A stretch of DNA of 63,048 nt, the filler included, from Corallochytrium limacisporum Hawaii (lineage: Eukaryota; Protista; Pluriformea): assembly GCA_002811645.1 (NCBI GenBank). It is 3 parts of 3 records of this genome, joined end to end, with 100 filler letters (N's around TTAATTAATTAA, not from the genome) between each part and the next. Parts side by side here need not be neighbours in the genome. Positions count along the whole stretch, not along the records: positions 31,429 to 61,942 come from PDIP01000067.1; positions 62,043 to 63,048 come from PDIP01000251.1; 1 more part is not named here. One strand, given 5' to 3'. Shown piece by piece: positions 55,623 through 63,048 of the stretch. Below the pieces are notes generated by a model. That model worked only from the letters and a program-made list of their open reading frames with translations. It was not told where the DNA came from and searched no databases. Positions within the stretch are counted from its first letter, which is position 1. The number at the start of each line of letters is the position of its first letter. A program made the position numbers and the translations under genes.

Positions 55623-56099
55623 TTATTCACTTGTTCCGCACTTGTTACATGCAGCCTTCAGCATCTCCTTGCTAGCTCTGCGCTGGCGGTTGTTGACCCA
55701 CACGTCGTAAACTCTGTTTAGAATGTAAGGTATGGGAGGGATCGATGTTAGGTTGTCAAGGATGTGGTAGTAGGGCAGGTGCTGCCAAATTTTCTTGAAG
55801 GCGGGCACCCCAACATATGTCTCCCCATGAGGGTCTGATACATGCAGCTTGTACATGGCATCAGGGAGACTGACACCTTTTCGCTCCAGAACATCACCCA
55901 CTCCGTGTTTCGAAATATCACGGAAATGGATCTTATTGTCGTGCTTGTCGTTGAGATTGATATAGTGTCGAACTTCTTTGGCACACAATGGACAAGATCC
56001 ATCATAGTACATAACATATTTACCTCGAGGTAATGCAGTGGCCATGGTCCGTATATGCCGTGAGGCCCGGTTCGCCAGCAATGCCCTGACACCTAACAT
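55623..56099 (-). CDS. DCC1-like thiol-disulfide oxidoreductase (DUF393), probable mitochondrial presequence
   Basis: YYDGSCPLCAKEV, LHVSDPHG..YVGVPAF..IW, YDVWVNNR. N-terminus MLGVRALLANRASRHIRTMA. Confidence 0.85.
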   Translation of the reverse strand: MLGVRALLANRASRHIRTMATALPRGKYVMYYDGSCPLCAKEVRHYINLNDKHDNKIHFRDISKHGVGDVLERKGVSLPDAMYKLHVSDPHGETYVGVPAFKKIWQHLPYYHILDNLTSIPPIPYILNRVYDVWVNNRQRRASKEMLKAACNKCGTSE

Positions 56100-56456
56100 T
56101 TCTGCACATATGCCCTGCGTACAAGTTTTGGTACACACAACAAGATCCCGTAATCTAATTCTCCTTGGCAGAGCGTCATACGCCCATGACCTGCATTGTG
56201 TTCCTGAATACCAACATACGACAGAAGTGTCTGTCAAGTGCGTGCCAAGAAAATGGGTGGCCGCCGATGTTCCTTGTCCGCGCCGGTCAGGCAAGGGTTT
56301 GTACCCCGATCGAACGGCCAAAACGGTGCGGGTCCCTGACAGGTTTCCTTATGAAAATAGGCCCCAATATTCATTACGGTGGGGTGGGGGTTTGAAACAA
56401 CCTTTCGTCCATCCGAATGCTTCGTGCAGTCTTTATTCGATTGATTGCTGAATGAA

Positions 56457-58379
56457 CTAAACCCTCTGGACGTCGGTGCCGGAGACAGAGGGTATGCCCC
56501 CACCAGTGTTGCGCCTGTGAGCGATGTAAGCGACACCAGCGATTGCCACCACACCAACGGCGGCTCCGGCTGACGCCAGACCGATCACTGTGGTACTGAT
56601 GCCGCTGCTGGATGTGTTCTTGTAATCTCCTTGGCCAACCTGCTTATCGGATTCCGCATCTTCCGGTTCCTCAGCGGATTCAATCGTAACCATGCCGAAC
56701 GTTCCGAATACAGTTGAACCTTCGGAGTCGAGCACCGCTACGTCGTCACCAGTCAACAGAGGTAGTTCAACGGAACCAGTAATGGCAACGGGAGCAGTGC
56801 CTGTGCCCGATACACCAGAATACAGCAGATCCCATTTGCCGGACACCCACAGATTCAAAGTCTCACCGGCTTTGACAAAGTCGGTAACCATGATCAGACC
56901 CATATCATAGGTACCGTAGCCACGAATGGGCATAACCTGCTGACTAAGGATGGATTCAGAACCGTCCGTGTCAGGACCAGACTTGGACAAACCAACAAAA
57001 ATCAATGGCTCATCCGCATGATCACCACCATCTGCGGGACTCACCGTGATTGTGGCCGGAATCTTGCCAGCCAGGGCGGCGTCTTCAGTCAGGGTGATAA
57101 GGGGAAGGACGGTGACGTCCTCCGAGCCCGGGATGACGATGTTGTCCTCTTCGGGAATGGTGGTTGGGGTACCACCGTTTGGCATGACGGGGGTGACGGC
57201 ACCCATTCCAACACCCAAGTAGTGGCAGTACAGATCATCGTCCGATTGAGGGAAGCCCTTGGATACAACGTAATCTTCGTAAGCACCAGGGACGTTCATC
57301 AAGTATTCAGCGAATAAAGCCATTGTCGCCTCTGCGCGATTGACTGGACCGCAGTTCTGGTCAACTTTAACTGCATCTCCGCCGGCCAATTCGAAAGAAG
57401 GATCATAGGCAACACCAGTTCCGTGGCCACTTCCGTAGGTCATATAGATCGACCGACCGCCAGCCTTGTCATTGCATTCCAGGGATAGCGCCTCCTGATT
57501 CAAATCGAACAGATGGTCAAAGGGCGAGTTCCAGCCCATGATTGTGTTTCCTTGAAAGGTACCTGCGGAATAGTCGCCGGATGGCACAAAGCCAGAGTCC
57601 TCTGGGATGGTGTCCATGCCGACACCATCAAGTTCAGGTTCACAGAAGTAACGGAACGATTGATACAAGAAAGCGTCGATTTTATCCTGAGGGAGTGTAC
57701 CCGTAGCAGCACCCTGTGCGTTTCCCTCATTGATGTAGGGATCTTGCCCCTGCTCAGAGGCTGAATTGCCTCCAAAGGCCAGGAGGGCACCCCATACAGA
57801 CTTGTAAACCTCATTTTGGTGCAGAGCACGCGTCAGATCATAGGGGAAGATCTCAGGAACCATAGCCTTGATGGTGCCCTCGGCATCGATGGATGAGAGC
57901 AGCAGCTGGTACATACCACCGTAAGAACCACCGATAGATCCAACACAGTCAGTATTGTCAGTCGTACCCGTTGCACAGTCAGTCTTCAATGCAATGGGAG
58001 CCTCTGTGGAGCCACCAGAGCGCACAAATTCGATAATCTGCAACAGGTTCTTGCCTTCCTTGTCGGGGCTCATTGTGCTGATGAAGCCGCCGCTATCACC
58101 ATGGCCGCGCTCGTCGATGCTCACAACGTAGTATCCGGCTTCGCGTAACGCAAGGTTGAATTCATTGCTTCCATCGGAGTCTCTGCTGCCACCATAACCG
58201 TGACTGTGAAGAACGACAGGGTACACGGCCTCAGTGTCGACTGCCGAAGGCTCCCAAACGGTAAAGACATTGTTCTCACCGTCAAAGGCTTCGAGAGTGA
58301 CGTCATATCCAGTACCGACGCGCACTTCGGCGAAGGTAGGAACCGCAAGAGCAGTAAGGGCAACAGCGATCATAGACAT
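56457..58379 (-). CDS. Membrane-anchored secreted alpha/beta hydrolase, peptidase S15 / CocE-NonD family
   Basis: Signal peptide MSMIAVALTALAVPTFA, PVVLHSHGYGGSR, GYYVVSIDERGHGDSGG, GGSYGG nucleophile, C-terminal TM plus short basic tail. Confidence 0.8.
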   Translation of the reverse strand: MSMIAVALTALAVPTFAEVRVGTGYDVTLEAFDGENNVFTVWEPSAVDTEAVYPVVLHSHGYGGSRDSDGSNEFNLALREAGYYVVSIDERGHGDSGGFISTMSPDKEGKNLLQIIEFVRSGGSTEAPIALKTDCATGTTDNTDCVGSIGGSYGGMYQLLLSSIDAEGTIKAMVPEIFPYDLTRALHQNEVYKSVWGALLAFGGNSASEQGQDPYINEGNAQGAATGTLPQDKIDAFLYQSFRYFCEPELDGVGMDTIPEDSGFVPSGDYSAGTFQGNTIMGWNSPFDHLFDLNQEALSLECNDKAGGRSIYMTYGSGHGTGVAYDPSFELAGGDAVKVDQNCGPVNRAEATMALFAEYLMNVPGAYEDYVVSKGFPQSDDDLYCHYLGVGMGAVTPVMPNGGTPTTIPEEDNIVIPGSEDVTVLPLITLTEDAALAGKIPATITVSPADGGDHADEPLIFVGLSKSGPDTDGSESILSQQVMPIRGYGTYDMGLIMVTDFVKAGETLNLWVSGKWDLLYSGVSGTGTAPVAITGSVELPLLTGDDVAVLDSEGSTVFGTFGMVTIESAEEPEDAESDKQVGQGDYKNTSSSGISTTVIGLASAGAAVGVVAIAGVAYIAHRRNTGGGIPSVSGTDVQRV

Positions 58380-61300
58380 GATAGTATTGGGGATGTCTCG
58401 AACTGACAGCAAATGGGTACGATGCACGATGACCTGTTTATGGCTGAAGTCAAGATTCCCCACCTTAAACACCCTACCACCGTACATCGTATCGCCATAC
58501 ATAAAACTTCTTATGATCTGTCGTGTATTTCATCTCGGGTCTGCTACGAATTTAACCGTCAAGTTCATCGGTCCTCTTCTGCGGTGATGGCCAAGCTTTG
58601 AACGCGAATGTCAAGCCGATGTCGTGCAGTTGGAGGCCGTCTGCGCAGCTTTCCCTCTCCGTGGACTTTCGGTGCCCTTCCAAGTTTCCAACGCGTCGCC
58701 AAAACTGCCGGTGCCTTGGAAGATCCACTAAACGAAGGGGAGATCTACTGATCGCGGGTCAGAGGAGTGGTCTAGAGTATCCGCACTCCGGTTTTGCTTT
58801 TGGGTGTCTAGGGTGGTACAACGACGTGGTGCCAAAGGGACGGAGGATGTCCCATTGGTTGACGGAACACAGATTCTGGAGTCCGAATCGTTTGTGGACA
58901 AGCAGCTACTAGTCAGTGCGCACCGCGTGTTTGTTCCATCAGAATTCAAAAAGTGTGTACAATTGCAGATGGCAGTTCGCCATGCACTTATTCGTTCCTG
59001 CCGACGACGGGCGTGTCCATATGTTTTGGGATGGGAAGAACATTAGTCATGCAATTCTTCCAAGGTTTGCGCAGTCTGACGATTCTTGTATATGTGGTCG
59101 GACTGTACGTGCCGTATTCGAAGTCAGTGCATTTGGCAGTAATTGGCTTCATCAGAGCGGCAATTCAACAGATGTGTACAATGGCGTATGTGTAGATCCT
59201 GGTGGGTTTCACGACGCACAAATGCATTCGACCCGTAAGCGATTCTTCCCGGTTCTTCACATGCGTGCAGCTGTAGAAACAAAATGTTGCGTGCGTTCGC
59301 ATGCGCCAAGTACTAAACGTTGGTAAAGTGTCACGGTATTGCATAAGTAATTGGCAATTGAAGCAGAATGGACGAAGAGACGATGAGAGTGGCAGAAACG
59401 ATAAGCCTCCACAAACTTTAAGCAGTTTGACATCAATAGCGGCGGAAAAGAGTTGATTCGGTGTTGACCTAGAAGTCGTTGGAACTCGTGGACCGCCCCA
59501 CTGGGGAGGTGGGGGGTGGTGGTGTCACCAATGCACGCGTCGGTGGTACCAAAATATAGTGTGCACTACCCACCTCCGAAGACCGAGATGCGCGACAGGA
59601 TAGAAATACGGGAGACTTTGATACGCCCCCAATGTCTACATGCACGAAAATTGAGAGCACAATCACCATCGATGTCACCCATTCCTGCATGTTCTCCAAA
59701 TCAGCATGTCAGAGTAAGATGTGGGAAATTATTAAGGTTGGTGTACTCTTCAAGGGCTCCGTTCATCTGATCGTTGTGCCTACCGTTTGCTGTTTAGTCA
59801 GACGGGCCAGTTTTCTGTCTGCAGACCCTATACATTAAAACCTTCCCCGTCGTGATGATACGAGGCGACGTCACAGCACAGTTGTCGGGTTTGCACAAAC
59901 GTTATTTGCCCACACATCCTCCAAGTTTTCAGTGTTCTTTTGTTAGCATGAAGACTCTCCTCGGTCCTGCATGCCAACGGCGAGCATGCGACACTTTCTG
60001 AAATGCTGTGCATTAATGTAATACACGCCTAGGTTTGCAGGCGTGGAGCCGCGGCTCGTCGCTTCGAAACGTTTCAGGCAATATGCTCATACCCAGAAAA
60101 CAAACATACGTTCATGCCCGCCTACGACAGACTTAGACAAAGCGATAGAAACGAGAAGTGAACTCTAGACCAGTTGTATAAATGAGCGATTGTGTGACTG
60201 TTATGCAGTCGAACATGTAGATCGCCAGGACTAAATCGCATATCATCGCTTTCGATTTCAAGTGCTCACCTCTTCTCTCCACCGCAACTGTGTAATTCGT
60301 TCAATTCGGAACACGTGCGCAAGCTAGACCCTTACCGCCACTGCTGGAAAGGTGTTTGTCTATAGAATTAGAATGAACCCATCCGCATACACTGAGGCTA
60401 ATAAACTTGAAACGTCGGTGCATCGTACGTACAACATTCTAGTCTTGGTTTCATTTCGCATCCTTAGTGGATCTGAAGGAACCCGACTATGTTCGGAAGG
60501 GCAGATTGCGAACCAAGTTAGCGAAATCATCCACTGGCAGTGTCAGAATATGTTTACAATCCCGACAACAAGCCCCCCCCCCTTCCCTCCCCGGGGGCGG
60601 GGAGTGGCGGGCACCGGGTGGGGACCGGTCGGGGTGACGAACTTCACATTTAGCAACCGACAGGCCATTGTGAGAGAGCCAACCAACATCTTGAACGCTC
60701 CTAACCTTCACTTCATTCATAATCCAGTTTTCAGATGTCTCCGATATATCCCACGTCATATACACGCACAGCACTACGGAATTGAAACCGAGCTTCGTTG
60801 CCGTCGCCTAATTGGAACTTGGGAGGAGCTTGACTAGTAGCATGTGCGCAAATGCGTTCTTATGTTCTACTCTGTGCAGTTCCACCTCAAGATGCGTACC
60901 GTTCAGCCCAAGTCCCTCTTTGCGCCAAGTCTGGGTCTCCATGCTTGGCGAATGTTTATATCTGGCTACGCAGTGTGCCCATCGCATGACAGTGGAGCCC
61001 TTCTAGAAATCTTGGCTCCCTCTCGGTGACGCACTTACGGAGGACGCCCTTCGATTTAGAACATAGATGGTGGCGGTTGCGGCGGCACAGTTGTTTGCCA
61101 AATTTGGTTTGACGGCGTGCAATGTCCGTCTTTCGTAGAACGACGGAAGGAAATGCAGAGCAGAGGGGGGGAACGCGATCTACTGAGAGAAAAAGGGTTG
61201 GAGTCAGAGTCCGCTTCCCATAGCCTGCCACTTATATAATGTAAAGAAGAACGAGTAGGAATGTCTTCTATAAGTTGGCACCAACCGTTGTCGCCTGTTA

Positions 61301-61877
61301 GGGTGTGTACCGGGACAATCGTAGAGTCCTTAATTCGCGGCCATAAAGTAGCGGTACCCGTTCCACTAGAAACGAAGAAGAACGAGGACGACGCGGTACA
61401 GAATTATGGAAACCAAAGAGATTGTATTGGAGGGGGTGTCGATGTGCGCATATCTTGATAATCCTCGCGGTCATCTGTTTCCCATTGTTCTTGGCGCGTT
61501 ATTCAAAGGCACTGGCGAAATACTCAAGGAATTACAGATCAAGCACAGAAGTATTGTGGCCAGTTGCAGTACATGCACAATTTCCCCTCCCCCAGCAGGA
61601 TCAGGCCAAAACCCGTCCAAAGCCCATATTCCCCTCAGCGAAAGACTCTGAACAGAGTTGCTCCGAGCATTCACAAATCCCGATTAGTGGGAATTATGTT
61701 AACTACTATAAAATCGGAAACAGATTGTATTTTGATTTAAATCTATCCTAACTGAGCCTTAACCCTAACCCAATATAATGATATGTAAAGGTGTGTGAAA
61801 TACGCATATATACTGGAGATAACACTAGTAATACGCACGGAGCACCGCATGCTTGACAGTCCATGGATACTGCCTTG

Positions 61878-61942
61878 CCTGTACCTGTACCTGTACCTGT
61901 ACCTGTACCTGTACCTGTACCTGTACCTGTACCTGTACCTGT
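61878..61942. repeat. (CCTGTA)n hexanucleotide microsatellite at a contig end
   Basis: About 11 perfect units running into the spacer. Confidence 0.95.
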
Positions 61943-62042
61943 NNNNNNNNNNNNNNNNNNNNNNNNNNNNNNNNNNNNNNNNNNNNTTAATTAATTAANN
62001 NNNNNNNNNNNNNNNNNNNNNNNNNNNNNNNNNNNNNNNNNN
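61943..62042. other. Artificial 100-nt contig-joining spacer (N-TTAATTAATTAA-N)
   Basis: Same structure as 31329-31428. Confidence 0.95.
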
Positions 62043-62191
62043 TTAAGAGCATTGACCAGAGCCAAGACCTCGGCAGGCTGCACGTTCAGATCCTTGTGGG
62101 CCCAGACGCTACCGTCATGGCCGGCAATGGCGGCGTAGCTGACCTCTCCGGAGCCGACCAGCTGGGTGTCGACGTATCCTTGCCAAGACAT
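62043..62191 (-). CDS. Profilin, 5' part only (truncated by the contig end)
   Basis: MSWQGYVDTQLVGSG..AAIAGHDGSVWA is the classic profilin N-terminus. Confidence 0.93.
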
Positions 62192-62924
62192 GGTTAGATT
62201 TGCTTGTAAGCTTTGTTCTTTCCTGTACGAAGGGAACTAAATTTCACTAATAAACCTACAACGGTGTCACCCGAAAACACAGATACGCGTTGTTCGCAGA
62301 CGAGATTTGGTCCGCACACTAATGGATATATCCACAGTCCGTGAAGAGTACAAGTTGCTTGATCTTTCCACGTCCTCCTGTTCATGTTCGTGTTCTGAAA
62401 TAGCAGTAAGACGCTTGGCTACCCATACCGCAGCACCTGCCAATTTAACACGAGCACACCAGGACGACACATCCACAACATAGTGGAACACGACAGAAAG
62501 AACAGCAATAAAGACCGGTTGCTCCGGACCCAGGAACAACAAAAGTTTCGCTTCTGAGCCCCAAACGATCCGAATACACTGAAGACTACAAATCCCACCA
62601 ACCTTCGTGCCGCCCATCCGAATTGTGAAGGAAACTGGTCCGTCGTGTGTTGCAACAGCAAAAGCAGCAAGGAGCCTACGGACACATTGGCGGAAGTGGA
62701 TGATGAATCAAGGACGTTCGCGAAGGCAGGGGACAGTGTTGTTGCTTCCAGATGGGATCCAACGGAGAGCAACACAGAAATGATCCTAGAGAGCGCCAGA
62801 CGGCCGTACACACGAGATCGTTCGTTCCCGATGCAAACAGTATGGTAACCAGCAACACGCAACAGTTAAAACAAAAGATACCTCGGAGGGTTGTGATTTC
62901 GGGTGGCCAACGACGAACCAAGCT

Positions 62925-63048
62925 CACACACACTCACTCACACACACACTCACTCACTCACTCACTCACTCACTCACTCACTCACTCACTCACTCACTCA
63001 CTCACTCACTCACTCACTCACTCACTCACTCACTCACCCACTCACTCA
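62925..63048. repeat. (CACT)n tetranucleotide microsatellite with CA runs
   Basis: Near-perfect CACT array to the end of the window. Confidence 0.95.

Noticed and set aside
61758-61771. Telomere-like TTAACCCTAACCC (similar CCCTAACC at about 21740 and 40850)
   Set aside because: At most two units and no array; insufficient for a telomere or telo-box call.
58500-61870. Short ORFs or a transposon relic between the S15 gene and the contig end (also 25013-28030 and 38900-39500)
   Set aside because: No recognisable domain, terminal repeat or transposase/RT motif found by eye.
62043-62191. Profilin pseudogene
   Set aside because: The truncation coincides with the contig end; the visible part is intact.
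1-63048. CRISPR arrays, rRNA, snRNA, prokaryotic operons or a non-standard genetic code
   Set aside because: No repeat-spacer arrays or recognisable RNA gene signatures. Genes are eukaryotic, and TAA, TAG and TGA all serve as normal stops.

Overview
Gene-dense, almost intronless eukaryotic genomic DNA from a draft assembly. It contains two plain N-gaps and two 100-nt N/TTAATTAATTAA/N contig-joining spacers, so adjacency across 31329-31428 and 61943-62042 is not guaranteed. About 21 protein genes are recognisable: URB2, OMS1-type methyltransferase (with the only clear intron), two divergently transcribed XPB/ERCC3 paralogues, an unknown 2-TM protein, GHITM, RMD1, GGA, a tandem-START protein, a LIM-homeobox factor, cytosolic IleRS, TAF8, two IMPACT-family genes, LDAH, SH3BP5, a PTB adaptor, a hotdog-fold protein, a DCC1/DUF393 protein, an S15/CocE-NonD hydrolase and a partial profilin. 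Animal-type genes (LIM-HD, SH3BP5, PTB adaptor) in an intron-poor compact genome suggest a unicellular holozoan; Corallochytrium-like is my inference, not verified. Most notable: (1) a probable bicistronic or readthrough locus, where a short AUG-depleted IMPACT-domain ORF lies in frame and 54 nt upstream of SH3BP5; (2) a head-to-head pair of strongly diverged XPB helicases differing in the NER-linked C-terminal motif; (3) a recurring C-rich to G-rich dyad module in promoter-containing intergenic regions, absent from convergent junctions; (4) a perfect 35-bp hairpin at 22090-22196. All assignments come from motif recognition by eye; no database searches were run.
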